Made by a program: the position numbers and the translations under genes. From an uncultured virus (IMG/VR IMGVR_UViG_3300022753_000059) (taxonomy: Duplodnaviria; Heunggongvirae; Uroviricota; Caudoviricetes), in the IMG/VR virus record IMGVR_UViG_3300022753_000059: a stretch of 20,000 nt of DNA; one strand, given 5' to 3'. The notes beneath the pieces are model-generated. The model was not told the DNA's origin and did not search any database. It saw nothing but the letters and a program-made list of their open reading frames with translations. Positions 1-9,695 of this stretch are shown here, piece by piece. Each line of letters starts with the position of its first letter. Position 1 is the first letter of the stretch.

Positions 1-5
1 TAAAG

Positions 6-1142
6 ATGAAGCGTAACGTGACATTCCGTGACGCTGATATGAACAGCTGGGAAATCAACATCGAGCTGCGTAACGAAGAAGTCAAAAGGCGTAACATTGA
101 TACGCTTGAAGAGTACACTTCCAAGTATGAGGTGTCTGTTAGTGGCACTGGTGGCTACAGTTGTGGTCAATGTGACGAACATATCAATCCGAGAACCGAT
201 GGTCAGAAGCGTCTGCTGGAGTTCTGGAATAAGTACCATCTGAACGGCATGTCTGCTGGCACCAACCGTCAAAACGCCTATATCCGAGGAGAGGAATACG
301 AGAAGGAGTACAACAGTTTCGTGGAAACCTTCTCTCAGTACAGCGTGAAATTCTGGGATAAGATGGTCGAGAATCTGAGCGACATTCTGATGAAGCACTA
401 TAACATCGACATCATTGCAGCCTTGCGTATGGTAGAGGTGGCTGAGAAGTATATGAATGGCAATCCGTTCAAGTACATTATCGGCATCAAAGACAGTCTT
501 TTCTCACATGGCAACGGAAAGCAGGATCTCTATGTCGAGTATTTCTTCCTGGCAATGCACGATCTTCTGAATGACCGTGGCTACAGATATGGCTCTGGAT
601 GGCTTGGAATCCCCCTCCCAGCTGACATCGAGAAGCAAATCAACGACATCTGCCAGCAAATCGAGGAAGAGGAGGACGAACTTACCGAATCCCTGGTTCC
701 AGTGTTCAATATGGGTGCCGATGATTTTGAGGCAACCGATGAGATTGTGCAGAAGGTTATGGAGTTGCGTGAGTGCGATGAAGAAGAGGCTAAGCGTTTC
801 ATTGCTCTTGGAATGCACCTTGGATGTACCTTCGGTGACTTGAACGACACATTTGAGGAAGATGATGCCGACAAGTGCCGCTACAATGCTAACGGTATCG
901 AGTATTATATCGGCACCGATGATGAGCTTGAGGCCATCGCTGATGATTACATTCATAACGATGGTGACTACGAATACTTCTGGAGGGAGGCGGTTGCGGC
1001 CCAAAAGACCACTGACAGCCTTGAAGATTGGCTGGATGAGGTGCTACGTATGGATGGCTGGGCAAGCATTCTCAATCATTGGAATGGAAGCTCAGACTCC
1101 TACATGGTAGCTGGTGAGTGCATTGAAGTTTGTAGAACCTAA
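6..1142 (+). CDS. Acidic hypothetical phage/MGE protein (378 aa)
   Basis: Long ORF, D/E-rich C-terminal half, in an operon-like chain. Confidence 0.85.
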   Translation: MKRNVTFRDADMNSWEINIELRNEEVKRRNIDTLEEYTSKYEVSVSGTGGYSCGQCDEHINPRTDGQKRLLEFWNKYHLNGMSAGTNRQNAYIRGEEYEKEYNSFVETFSQYSVKFWDKMVENLSDILMKHYNIDIIAALRMVEVAEKYMNGNPFKYIIGIKDSLFSHGNGKQDLYVEYFFLAMHDLLNDRGYRYGSGWLGIPLPADIEKQINDICQQIEEEEDELTESLVPVFNMGADDFEATDEIVQKVMELRECDEEEAKRFIALGMHLGCTFGDLNDTFEEDDADKCRYNANGIEYYIGTDDELEAIADDYIHNDGDYEYFWREAVAAQKTTDSLEDWLDEVLRMDGWASILNHWNGSSDSYMVAGECIEVCRT

Positions 1143-1156
1143 AGCGCGAGACAACC

Positions 1157-1429
1157 ATGAAAATTGCAGTATTGGATTTTACATGTAACAGCCTTGATAC
1201 TATTGAGGTTGATAAGTCGTTCATTGACGAATTTTATCATGGTGAAGTGGAAGAGTTCCTTGTCGGCTGGTGCGGATATTCAACATCTAACTGCGAATGG
1301 ATAAGTGATGTCAAGGTGGAGAACCTTGGTATGGACTTAAACAGCTTTGGTGGTGATGATGATTTAGAACTTTCCGAGAGCGACAAAGAGAGGTTTAATA
1401 TCAAAGAGCAAGACAATGAAGTGCAGTAA
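1157..1429 (+). CDS. Small acidic hypothetical protein
   Basis: ATG start 14 nt after the previous stop; overlaps the next gene. Confidence 0.8.
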   Translation: MKIAVLDFTCNSLDTIEVDKSFIDEFYHGEVEEFLVGWCGYSTSNCEWISDVKVENLGMDLNSFGGDDDLELSESDKERFNIKEQDNEVQ

Positions 1430-1778
1430 CTTTTACGAAATCGTGAAGCAAGTGAAGCGACACGAGCAGGAGGAGCTGACTAAGGCTCTGAAAGCATGGG
1501 GTGGAGCATTCAATTTTGAGCAACACCCAGATACCGACCGCCCTATCATTGCCGTGAACATGGATAACTGTGAACCAGAACCCCAGGATGTCTATGTGAA
1601 CAGTGTGGCAGTTGATGAGGACGGTTATATGACTCTCAAGTGTATTGGTAAGCTGGATGGGCAGGATTATGAAGTTGAGCCAGACGATGTGTTCGCTGGT
1701 CATCTTGAATACGTAATCTCGTACATTCCAGAGACTGACACGGTTAAAGATGTGACTACGCCTTTTGTGCTTAGTTAA
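1416..1778 (+). CDS. Hypothetical protein, paralog of the N-terminal domain of 5993..6565
   Basis: ORF with alignable motifs NFxExV..EQxE..A..AxGG..EQ..D..PxI.V and V.xGxLxYV. Confidence 0.85.
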   Translation: MKCSNFYEIVKQVKRHEQEELTKALKAWGGAFNFEQHPDTDRPIIAVNMDNCEPEPQDVYVNSVAVDEDGYMTLKCIGKLDGQDYEVEPDDVFAGHLEYVISYIPETDTVKDVTTPFVLS

Positions 1779-1798
1779 TAAAAATTATTCGCTTTTTG

Positions 1799-1842
1799 AG
1801 CCGTGGTTAGCAACTGTGGAAGCTGGCCACGGCTTTTCTTTT
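1799..1842 (+). terminator. Intrinsic terminator
   Basis: Stem AGCCGTGGTTAGC / GCTGGCCACGGCT followed by TTTCTTTT. Confidence 0.85.
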
Positions 1843-1938
1843 CAAATGTTAAAGTGGACGAATTTTCACACCTTAACACAACCTTTCCACTATTCATATA
1901 AAACAACCAATTAATAACAATAAACAAAACGAAACGTC

Positions 1939-3624
1939 ATGGGATATTGTAATTCAGACATTAGCCACAACTGGGCGCACCAGTTGAAGAGCAGTCAAGG
2001 TGGAAGCAGCAATTTTAGCTTCCAGGGTAAGAAAATCTATAGCTACAGCACGGTCATCGGCCAGATTGTAGAAGTGAACAAGCAGACAATCTACCTATTG
2101 AATACTGGTAGTGCGTCCAATACAACGAGCAAGCACCAGAGCCTTGTTTTCGGTGCTATTCCTAACGATGCCATTAAGTTCTCCATATCATTGGGCGACT
2201 TCCGTTGGAATTGGCGTGGCTATGGCGGCTGGAATGGTGATTTTGACGAGAAAGAGCAAATCAGCCTGGTCAAGAAGTACATTGTTGCTCTTTATAAGTA
2301 CATCGAGTTGTTCGAGGATTCAAAGACAATCTCTACAGAGCAGAACTTCTCTTTGAAGTGGTACGATGAAGCACAGCGTTTCTGTGATGTTACGAAGTGT
2401 ACGACACTCAAGAAGCTGTACAAAAACTGGAATGCCGATTCTATCCAGATGTTCCATAACATCCAGAAGCCAGAGCAGCTGAGACGTATGCTACATGCGC
2501 TGAACAGCGGTGAACGAGACATGAAGCTCCTGGTTGACCTTACGCTTGGTAAGGGCGTGTATGCTGAATACGTGACGAGAACTAAGGGCGCACGTTCTGG
2601 CCAGAATACGCGAGACATCAACAAGCGTTTGGGCTTCGAGTCAAGAAGTTGCAGTTATCAAGCTTATTATGAGCCGTACAAGCTTTTGTACCTCAACAAA
2701 AATGAATGTAAAATCCTGCATCGAAACCGTACATTCCTGGAGCATACAGCTTATGGACGTGTTGAAGGCGGCTGGGATCGCAAGACGATTGAGAAGTACC
2801 GCAAGCAGGGAATCCTTATCCAGAAGATGTGTGAGACGAGGCGTGAGAACCTTATCAAGAATCTGGAGTATGAATGTATCAGTATGCGGAACAGACGGAT
2901 GCAAGAGGCGAAAAAACGTCTGGAGAAATATATCGGTATGACTGGCTGGGCCTCATCCTCATGGTATAACGTCAAAGGTTTCACATCGTTCAATTATAAT
3001 GGTACGGTGTATGACCAGTTCGGCTCCTACAACCGTTCTCGTGAACTGAGCATGGCTGAGTACGTTGAGTTCACGAAGATGAATAAGGAACAGCAACAAG
3101 AGTTCATCCGCACTAAGCAAGACTGGATGCTTGCAATCCTCCAGGAAGAATTGCGTGAGCATAACGAATGGAAGCGTCATCAAGAGCTGGCAGAGATTGA
3201 ACGCCAGGAAAAGCTGCGCATTCGTGAAATGAAGAAGGATTACATTGAGGCTAAGAAGGCAGAAGGTGACAGCGGTCTCATCCAGCTGTTTCACGAAGGT
3301 CTGATAGACGGTGGCTTCTATGGTAAGGGTGCATCGTTCTTCCACGGTGGAAACGCTCTCCTGCGTGTCAATGAAAAGACGCAACGAGTAGAGACTTCCA
3401 AGGGCATTTTCGTTTCGTTTGTGGAATGTAAGCGTCTTTGGGTCATCGTGAATCGCTGGCACAATAACGGAACAACCTTCACTTCATCTGATGAGAAGGT
3501 ACACTCTACTACACATGACTGGGATATTTCATGTTACCAGGACGATATTATGATTGCTGGGTGCCACGCCATCCATTATTCTGAAATGGAGTACGCGGCT
3601 CGTCAGTTAGGTTTCATTTCTTAA
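1939..3624 (+). CDS. Hypothetical phage/MGE protein (561 aa) with central charged coiled coil
   Basis: Long ORF; N-terminal IYSY...SNTTSKHQ and C-terminal ETSKG...AGCH motifs that look conserved; function unknown. Confidence 0.9.
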   Translation: MGYCNSDISHNWAHQLKSSQGGSSNFSFQGKKIYSYSTVIGQIVEVNKQTIYLLNTGSASNTTSKHQSLVFGAIPNDAIKFSISLGDFRWNWRGYGGWNGDFDEKEQISLVKKYIVALYKYIELFEDSKTISTEQNFSLKWYDEAQRFCDVTKCTTLKKLYKNWNADSIQMFHNIQKPEQLRRMLHALNSGERDMKLLVDLTLGKGVYAEYVTRTKGARSGQNTRDINKRLGFESRSCSYQAYYEPYKLLYLNKNECKILHRNRTFLEHTAYGRVEGGWDRKTIEKYRKQGILIQKMCETRRENLIKNLEYECISMRNRRMQEAKKRLEKYIGMTGWASSSWYNVKGFTSFNYNGTVYDQFGSYNRSRELSMAEYVEFTKMNKEQQQEFIRTKQDWMLAILQEELREHNEWKRHQELAEIERQEKLRIREMKKDYIEAKKAEGDSGLIQLFHEGLIDGGFYGKGASFFHGGNALLRVNEKTQRVETSKGIFVSFVECKRLWVIVNRWHNNGTTFTSSDEKVHSTTHDWDISCYQDDIMIAGCHAIHYSEMEYAARQLGFIS

Positions 3625-3636
3625 AACGGAAGCGGT

Positions 3637-4536
3637 ATGGAAAAGTATTCTAAAGACATTATTTGCCTCGTCAACCAGCAAGTGTTTGGTGACGAAGAGG
3701 AGCATCAAATCGAAATGGAATTTTTCGATGGGTATGCTATATCTGTGAATTGTAGGTACGGACTTACGTACCCGATGCTCAAACACCTCAGTAAGCCTAT
3801 GAAGGCAGAGGTGGAAAACTACACTGGAAGGGAGCTGGAAAGCCCATTCGACATCGCTTTGATGTACGCAAAGCCCTTCAAGCTCCCGACTGATGCTCGT
3901 GCAGACAAAGAGCATGATTTCCTCATGTCTATTCTCACTGAACGCCAGGTCGAAGAGTTTGAAAGATTCTCTGAAAAGCTGGAAGAGCGCGAATATGTGT
4001 TGGTCTATTTCGACCTCAATACCGACTGTGGCATCAACTTCTACTATGGTGGTAAGTTCTTCAACGATGTGGATGCGGCTGAATATTTTGTCAACAAAGG
4101 CATCATCGGCCAGGACAAGATGTTGAACCCACATCATCCTTCTCATCAATATGTTGTAGATGAGCTGAGTATTGACAGCAATGCTAAGATCGAGCGCATT
4201 TATTTCGAGAAGAACTCAGAGGAGAATCACGAGTTCTATTACCTCATATCCAGGCCGCTTGATTTGGCTACGGACGTGGTTCTGATATGGAACCGTGGCG
4301 GTCACAGCAAGTTCAACCAGAATGAGGTACGGTTCTTCAATGACAGCAAGGCCGCTGCTGCTTATGCGGCAAAGGCTAAAGCGCGAGAATTTGCAGAGGA
4401 GCTGGAGTCATTCGGTATCACCTGGAATATGGAGGAAATCAAGTTCTTCAATCATCTTCCGACTCTCTATTATAGCTTCAATGTATGGGGCAATGATGGC
4501 TACAATGTACATATTGTTCACGGTAAATATAAATAA
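3637..4536 (+). CDS. Hypothetical protein (299 aa)
   Basis: Long ORF in the operon chain. Confidence 0.85.
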   Translation: MEKYSKDIICLVNQQVFGDEEEHQIEMEFFDGYAISVNCRYGLTYPMLKHLSKPMKAEVENYTGRELESPFDIALMYAKPFKLPTDARADKEHDFLMSILTERQVEEFERFSEKLEEREYVLVYFDLNTDCGINFYYGGKFFNDVDAAEYFVNKGIIGQDKMLNPHHPSHQYVVDELSIDSNAKIERIYFEKNSEENHEFYYLISRPLDLATDVVLIWNRGGHSKFNQNEVRFFNDSKAAAAYAAKAKAREFAEELESFGITWNMEEIKFFNHLPTLYYSFNVWGNDGYNVHIVHGKYK

Positions 4537-4541
4537 AGCCT

Positions 4542-5093
4542 ATGAATATTCGAGAATTGAGAAAGGCATTCCCTTTCATTACGACCGATGAATTGAAATA
4601 TGCGGTCAAACATAACGAGTACAAGACTGAGAGAGGCTTCTTGAAGCGTATGGCACAAATCAATGCCAAATACGAAGAGAAGGCCAATCGTAAGGACATC
4701 GTATCTATCACTATCAAAATAGTGTGGAAGCGTTCAAGCGTGTGGGGCAGCAATCCTTACGCTGAATACTGGGTACGATACGTTGATGGAACCACCAACT
4801 ATGGGAAAGGCTATACATGTAGCGGTTGCGGCTATGACAAGACATCAACTGTGATTGCCGAGATCTTCAACCAGGAGTTCTCTGGTATGTTGTACCGCAA
4901 GCGTCATTCCAGAAAGAAAGCCCCTTACGGCATCCGTATGGACGGATGGTTCCCATCGTTCTCTGGAGGTGTAGGAGAGAGTTGTTATGGCGCAATCTCC
5001 AGCTTCCTTGGTGGCCACTGGAAGCATGTGGCCTGGAGTGATAACTTCGACCAGTTCGAGGCTAATTTCAAATGTAAAAAGAAAGCAGCATGA
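4542..5093 (+). CDS. Basic hypothetical phage protein with GCGYDK and GGVGxSC motifs
   Basis: ORF; ATGA overlap with the next gene. Confidence 0.85.
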   Translation: MNIRELRKAFPFITTDELKYAVKHNEYKTERGFLKRMAQINAKYEEKANRKDIVSITIKIVWKRSSVWGSNPYAEYWVRYVDGTTNYGKGYTCSGCGYDKTSTVIAEIFNQEFSGMLYRKRHSRKKAPYGIRMDGWFPSFSGGVGESCYGAISSFLGGHWKHVAWSDNFDQFEANFKCKKKAA

Positions 5094-5410
5094 ATACGCC
5101 CATCTTTACATTGTCTGCCACCCACTTGAGCAACGAGGATGAAATCTTCGATGCTCTTGCGGTGGTGGATTATGAATCCGAGGACGCTGCTATCGGTGCC
5201 GCTCGTGAACTGGCTGGGAAACTGGCCAGCAGCTATGATGACGTTTGCCAGGTTACTGTGTACGGTGGCGAATGGCGCACTCCTGGAGGTGATGTGCATG
5301 GGGAAACCTACGACATATTCACAATCTCCAGTAAATCTAAGGAAAAGACTATGGAAGCCCGAAAAAAGGCTGGATATGTTCAACTTGAAGTAAACGAATA
5401 CATTGGTTAA
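5090..5410 (+). CDS. Hypothetical protein
   Basis: ATGA translational coupling with the upstream gene. Confidence 0.8.
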   Translation: MNTPIFTLSATHLSNEDEIFDALAVVDYESEDAAIGAARELAGKLASSYDDVCQVTVYGGEWRTPGGDVHGETYDIFTISSKSKEKTMEARKKAGYVQLEVNEYIG

Positions 5411-5411
5411 T

Positions 5412-5801
5412 ATGGAAAGAACAAAACTATGGCCATGTCCGTTAGACGAGAAGAATCTTTGCACCGACTGGATTGAAGAACTTTTCGAGGATAATGGCAT
5501 CCTGCGAACACCTAATGACGGTCATAACGGAGTGAATCAGTTTATCGCTTTCGTTGAAAAACGGCTCTGCTGCATAACGTGGGAGCATGGAAGCAACCAG
5601 CTGTCATTCAATGTGCTTCCAGACCATTTCGGAGCGTTCTATGCTGATGAATGCGCTACCAAGGCAATCGAGTTTATGAAAGCGAAGGTTGCTGAGATTG
5701 AATCGTGTGACAATGGAAGTGGAAACAAGATTTCCGTCCAGTACAACATCGAGCAGAATGATCGTATTGATTTCTTCTTTTACTGGGATAATTGTGATTA
5801 G
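5412..5801 (+). CDS. Hypothetical protein
   Basis: ATG at 5412, 1 nt after the previous stop, preferred over TTG at 5403. Confidence 0.8.
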   Translation: MERTKLWPCPLDEKNLCTDWIEELFEDNGILRTPNDGHNGVNQFIAFVEKRLCCITWEHGSNQLSFNVLPDHFGAFYADECATKAIEFMKAKVAEIESCDNGSGNKISVQYNIEQNDRIDFFFYWDNCD

Positions 5802-5803
5802 CT

Positions 5804-5989
5804 ATGGCATACGTAAACGACTTTGGTGACTCTGTTGCAATCAATATGAGTCACCAGCAAATGAAGGATCTGAAAGACTTGCTGAATGAGGCCGTAACAT
5901 CTGAATCTGTTGATGGCCACAAGAAGGAAAGCTATCAGAAACTTTATTACGCGATTGACAATTTTGAATACGAACAACAAAACGGTTAG
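5804..5989 (+). CDS. Small hypothetical protein (61 aa)
   Basis: Fills the gap exactly between flanking genes. Confidence 0.75.
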   Translation: MAYVNDFGDSVAINMSHQQMKDLKDLLNEAVTSESVDGHKKESYQKLYYAIDNFEYEQQNG

Positions 5990-5992
5990 ACT

Positions 5993-6565
5993 ATGTTTCA
6001 TACAAATTTCAAAGAACTTGTAGATAAGATTAAGCTGCAAGAACAAAGGGAGGTGAAGATGGCCGCTCTTGCTCATGGCGGTAGGTGTGTCATGGAGCAA
6101 GATGAAGATTCACAGCTTCCTCGCATTACGGTATATTTCCAGGGATTCACTGATAGCGTTGACCAGGTTGATGTTACTGAGGTGATTGTGGAAAATGACA
6201 AGTTATTCATCAAAGGCAAGATGTATGAGTCATGTGAAGAGGTGGAGTTTCCAGCTGAGCAAGTATATCCTGGAGAGCTTCACTACGTCCTTGATTCCAT
6301 TAAGCCGACCAAAGAATTAGATTCGACAATGGCATACAACTACAACGTATTTGAAGATACGATTGACCTCCAGGAGATTTCATCCCAGGCGGTAAGCGAG
6401 ATTATGAACAAGATTGACTGTGACCGTTTCACGGCATTTGAAATGTGCCAGAAGTGGGCCGATGAGTTTACGGAGAAATTCCGAAACCATAATTGGGGTG
6501 ACGATGACATGTCGTACTACGATCACATCGACTTCTTTATCGAACAAAAGCTGAAAGAATTATGA
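5993..6565 (+). CDS. Hypothetical protein; N-terminal domain paralogous to 1416..1778 plus a C-terminal acidic domain
   Basis: ORF; alignment by eye; ATGA overlap with the next gene. Confidence 0.85.
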   Translation: MFHTNFKELVDKIKLQEQREVKMAALAHGGRCVMEQDEDSQLPRITVYFQGFTDSVDQVDVTEVIVENDKLFIKGKMYESCEEVEFPAEQVYPGELHYVLDSIKPTKELDSTMAYNYNVFEDTIDLQEISSQAVSEIMNKIDCDRFTAFEMCQKWADEFTEKFRNHNWGDDDMSYYDHIDFFIEQKLKEL

Positions 6566-7032
6566 AAGCGGAACTTGACAAGATTAAAGAGTTCTCGCTC
6601 TCCATGAGAGAAGAGGACTGTGTGCGCATGTTTGGCGAAAGCGTTGGCCACCACCTATGGTCAAAGTACACCAGCTTCAGCAATGATTTCATGCGCTGGT
6701 ATTGTTATCTGGACAAAGATAATTCTTACATCGTTGCGAAAGAGGTTGAAAGGAACTGGAGCAAGATTCGTATTCAGAAAATGCTGGATGAGTACGAGAA
6801 GGAACATGGCCAGAAGCCTTTGTATGCCGAGTGTTATACGGTGTGGAATGATGAGCCAGATGAAATGCACTCCAACATCATCAAGCTGAACAGCGAGATT
6901 GATGAAGCTACTGATGACATGATTTTCTTCAATGTCAGTGATGCGAGCGGACTTATTGACCTCACGTTGGATGACAATGGAGAAGATTTTAAGGTTGTGT
7001 TAGACTCCATTCAATTTAGTAATGAGATATAA
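6562..7032 (+). CDS. Hypothetical protein
   Basis: ATGA coupling; 156 aa ORF. Confidence 0.8.
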   Translation: MKAELDKIKEFSLSMREEDCVRMFGESVGHHLWSKYTSFSNDFMRWYCYLDKDNSYIVAKEVERNWSKIRIQKMLDEYEKEHGQKPLYAECYTVWNDEPDEMHSNIIKLNSEIDEATDDMIFFNVSDASGLIDLTLDDNGEDFKVVLDSIQFSNEI

Positions 7033-7033
7033 C

Positions 7034-7558
7034 ATGGAAACAATCACTATGCAACAATTCATCGAGAAGCTGAAAGCTCTTGGTGAAGGTTATACCGATT
7101 ACTTCGGGTACAAGACACGTGAGGGCATCATTGGTGTTATCCGTGTTGACCGCATGAAGCGACTTGACCGTGACCTATGGCTGGTTTCCTGGAATGAAGG
7201 CTCATTCGTACTACAAGAAACTGACTTTAACCAAATGACATTTGACTTCCAGATTCGTGACTGGTTTGAAAGCCTGGAGATTGAAGAAGTCGTTTGGCGC
7301 AAGGTCTATCGTGGTGCCAGGGCGCAAGAGTTATGTTCTTATTTCACAGACCGCTTGACAGACCCAGAATGGGCCGAGCGTCCAATGTGGTTCAAAGACG
7401 ATATGGACGAGGCCGTATGCGGTATCTGGCATGAGGACGGAAAGTGGGTATGCAACGACAATTCCAGCGGTGATAACTGGGTTGAAGAGTTCGATCGTGA
7501 ACAAGATGCTCTGGATTATCTATTCTATTATAATAATGCTGATAAAAGTGAGGCATAA
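7034..7558 (+). CDS. Hypothetical phage protein with C-terminal DNSSGDNWVEEF motif
   Basis: ATG 1 nt after the upstream stop (alternative start 7022). Confidence 0.8.
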   Translation: METITMQQFIEKLKALGEGYTDYFGYKTREGIIGVIRVDRMKRLDRDLWLVSWNEGSFVLQETDFNQMTFDFQIRDWFESLEIEEVVWRKVYRGARAQELCSYFTDRLTDPEWAERPMWFKDDMDEAVCGIWHEDGKWVCNDNSSGDNWVEEFDREQDALDYLFYYNNADKSEA

Positions 7559-7612
7559 GGTAACAATTGAAATCGACATTAATTATCAATGTAAAATTAA
7601 ATGTAACAAGCA

Positions 7613-8263
7613 ATGAAAAAGATTTGTTTTTTAATGGTGCTTCTTTTGAGCATCTGTTTGGGCTTCACGTCATGCTCACAGTGTAGCGGTGGTAAGCCCC
7701 AGTCAACAACTTCTACGGAAGAGGTAAGCCAGGTCAACGACAAGGCTCCTCTGGTTATGGAGAACGTCATATCCACGAATCGCCAGGATATGTACCTCAA
7801 CTATGGCCAGAACTACAGCTGGTTCGAGACTTACGTATTACTTTCCGATTATCTGGACGAGGATTGCGATGGTGCGATTGCTGAAATAAACTCCGTGTTC
7901 CAGGTCGTTACAGAAGTTGGAAATGGCTATGATACTAATGTGGTACTATTTACTAATACACCCGACACCAGTACAGTAGAAGTAAAACATGCGTTCTGGG
8001 TTGGTGATTATCCACTGAATAACGAACAGATTAAGATAACATTCACAGAAGCATTCGACAAGGTGATGGCTGTTAATTTACCGAAGCCTCATTCCAGACA
8101 TGTCGTATTGCGAAAAGAAGTTGGGCCTAAAGCTGCTAATCCTCAATATATATTCGGCAATAAAAATGCACAGATTTACGTGGATGCCACTACTGGAGAG
8201 GTAAGCGACAAGAACCCTGCATTCGGTGAGGGCTTTACTATGCCTTTGGGCGAGTGGCCCTAA
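7613..8263 (+). CDS. Putative lipoprotein with PepSY-like C-terminus
   Basis: MKK, hydrophobic stretch, FTSC lipobox, S/T-rich linker, ITFTEA...IYVDATTGEV motif. Confidence 0.75.
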   Translation: MKKICFLMVLLLSICLGFTSCSQCSGGKPQSTTSTEEVSQVNDKAPLVMENVISTNRQDMYLNYGQNYSWFETYVLLSDYLDEDCDGAIAEINSVFQVVTEVGNGYDTNVVLFTNTPDTSTVEVKHAFWVGDYPLNNEQIKITFTEAFDKVMAVNLPKPHSRHVVLRKEVGPKAANPQYIFGNKNAQIYVDATTGEVSDKNPAFGEGFTMPLGEWP

Positions 8264-8365
8264 ATTAACACCAGAGAGTATTAACGATGCCGATTAAAGT
8301 TTGATTACCTTATGCCTACTTTATCTGCATTATTTTGTATTTCATTTTACTTAACGAAAGCATGA

Positions 8366-8692
8366 ATGCCATATAAAAGCGAGAAGATACCTATCGCTGG
8401 AACCAAACTGGATCTGCGTAGGAAACTTTCCGATGAGCAGAGACGAGCGGTGAAGATCCTTGCAGACCAGGGTTACAGTCAACGGAAATTGGCTGAAATG
8501 TTTGGTTGTAGCAAGGGTACTATTCAGCAAATCGTGGCACCTCAGAAGAAAGCGGCCCACAAATACCCGAAAGAGTATTGGACTGAGGCCAAAAGAAGAT
8601 ACAGAGAGCGTAAACAAAAGTTATTCAAATCTGGAACACTTCAAGAAACAAAAAAGCGAAAGCGAAAGCAGTATGACAAGAAATCCATTTAA
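8366..8692 (+). CDS. Helix-turn-helix DNA-binding protein
   Basis: KLSDEQ...GYSQRKLAEMFGCSKGTIQQIV HTH signature with a basic tail. Confidence 0.85.
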   Translation: MPYKSEKIPIAGTKLDLRRKLSDEQRRAVKILADQGYSQRKLAEMFGCSKGTIQQIVAPQKKAAHKYPKEYWTEAKRRYRERKQKLFKSGTLQETKKRKRKQYDKKSI

Positions 8693-8933
8693 TAAAATTG
8701 AGGAAATTGGGCATCTTATCCAATACATCAATGACAACCGCGAGTTCTCCGATGAGGAAATAAGCGTTGCTATTGACAAGATTGACAAGACCCACTTTCC
8801 ATTGGAGCATGTAAACATCGACCTATACCGCGAGGTTGAATCACTCGTAGAGGACTGGTGTGATGAATGCCACGTGGACGATGCTACCGTATGGGATGCT
8901 CTTGACATCGAGGAGTTAATATCAAAATTGTGA
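8673..8933 (+). CDS. Small acidic hypothetical protein
   Basis: ATG at 8673 (MTRNPF...); the longer 8460 start overlaps the HTH gene. Confidence 0.75.
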   Translation: MTRNPFNKIEEIGHLIQYINDNREFSDEEISVAIDKIDKTHFPLEHVNIDLYREVESLVEDWCDECHVDDATVWDALDIEELISKL

Positions 8934-8939
8934 AACGAA

Positions 8940-9197
8940 ATGAAATTCATTGAGAGTGCAAAACAATGGTTTCGTGAGAAGAAAGCAAACCTCAAGAAAA
9001 AGCTGGAAGAACGCGCTGATGCAAGGCGCAAGCTGTCGGCTGAACTTGAGCTTGACATTCGGGAGTTTGATGGCGAGCTTCATATCTCGTACAACAACAT
9101 CCCAGTGGTCAACATTCACCATCTGAATGCAGATTGCGTGGATGTCCTGCTTGTCTCTCGTGAAACTCTTGTGGCGTACAAGAAAAAGTTCAAGTAA
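8940..9197 (+). CDS. Hypothetical protein
   Basis: ORF in the operon chain. Confidence 0.75.
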   Translation: MKFIESAKQWFREKKANLKKKLEERADARRKLSAELELDIREFDGELHISYNNIPVVNIHHLNADCVDVLLVSRETLVAYKKKFK

Positions 9198-9198
9198 C

Positions 9199-9396
9199 AT
9201 GGCAAAGACCAAATTCAGTGTTGGTGACAAGGTAAAAATCGTCACCAGTGACCTCCAGCCCCAGTTCGCTGGAAAGGTTGGAGAAGTCAAGAAAGTGTAT
9301 CGCGGCTTTGATGAGGAGCTGGTGGTGTATCGAATCTCCGTGGGCAATGAAGTCCTCCGTGGTGTGGCCCAGGATAAAGATTTGGAGAAATGCTAA
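9199..9396 (+). CDS. Small KOW/SH3-like protein
   Basis: ATG at 9199; FSVGDKVKIV...GKVGEV pattern. Confidence 0.75.
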   Translation: MAKTKFSVGDKVKIVTSDLQPQFAGKVGEVKKVYRGFDEELVVYRISVGNEVLRGVAQDKDLEKC

Positions 9397-9695
9397 ACCT
9401 CGCTGCCATTAAAGAAGCGTACTTCAATTATCTCGAACTGAGCGGCTATCTTTTCGGTAAAGGCGACAAGGGCATCTACGACATCAACGAAATGCCTAAA
9501 GCGCATAAGTTTTACAAACATGCCAGGGAGATAGCGGCCCAGTTGGAGATTGATTGGAATGGTATGACGCATGAGGAGAGCAATCGAATCATGCTTGCGC
9601 TGCTGGAAGATCTGTACCAGGAGATAGGTCGGACAGTTCCATCTAAAGACAAGAAACATTTAGTATTAGAAGTCACATTCAAAATCATAAAGTAA
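9390..9695 (+). CDS. Hypothetical protein
   Basis: Overlaps both neighbours (TAATG coupling at the end). Confidence 0.75.
   Translation: MLNLAAIKEAYFNYLELSGYLFGKGDKGIYDINEMPKAHKFYKHAREIAAQLEIDWNGMTHEESNRIMLALLEDLYQEIGRTVPSKDKKHLVLEVTFKIIK

Noticed and set aside
5804..6565. TAG at 5987-89 is in frame with the next ORF, hinting at amber recoding (code 15, as in Lak phages)
   Set aside because: Long ORFs are intact under code 11, other TAG stops are followed by out-of-frame or overlapping starts, the paralog at 1416 starts at the position equivalent to 5993, and no CTA-anticodon tRNA is present.
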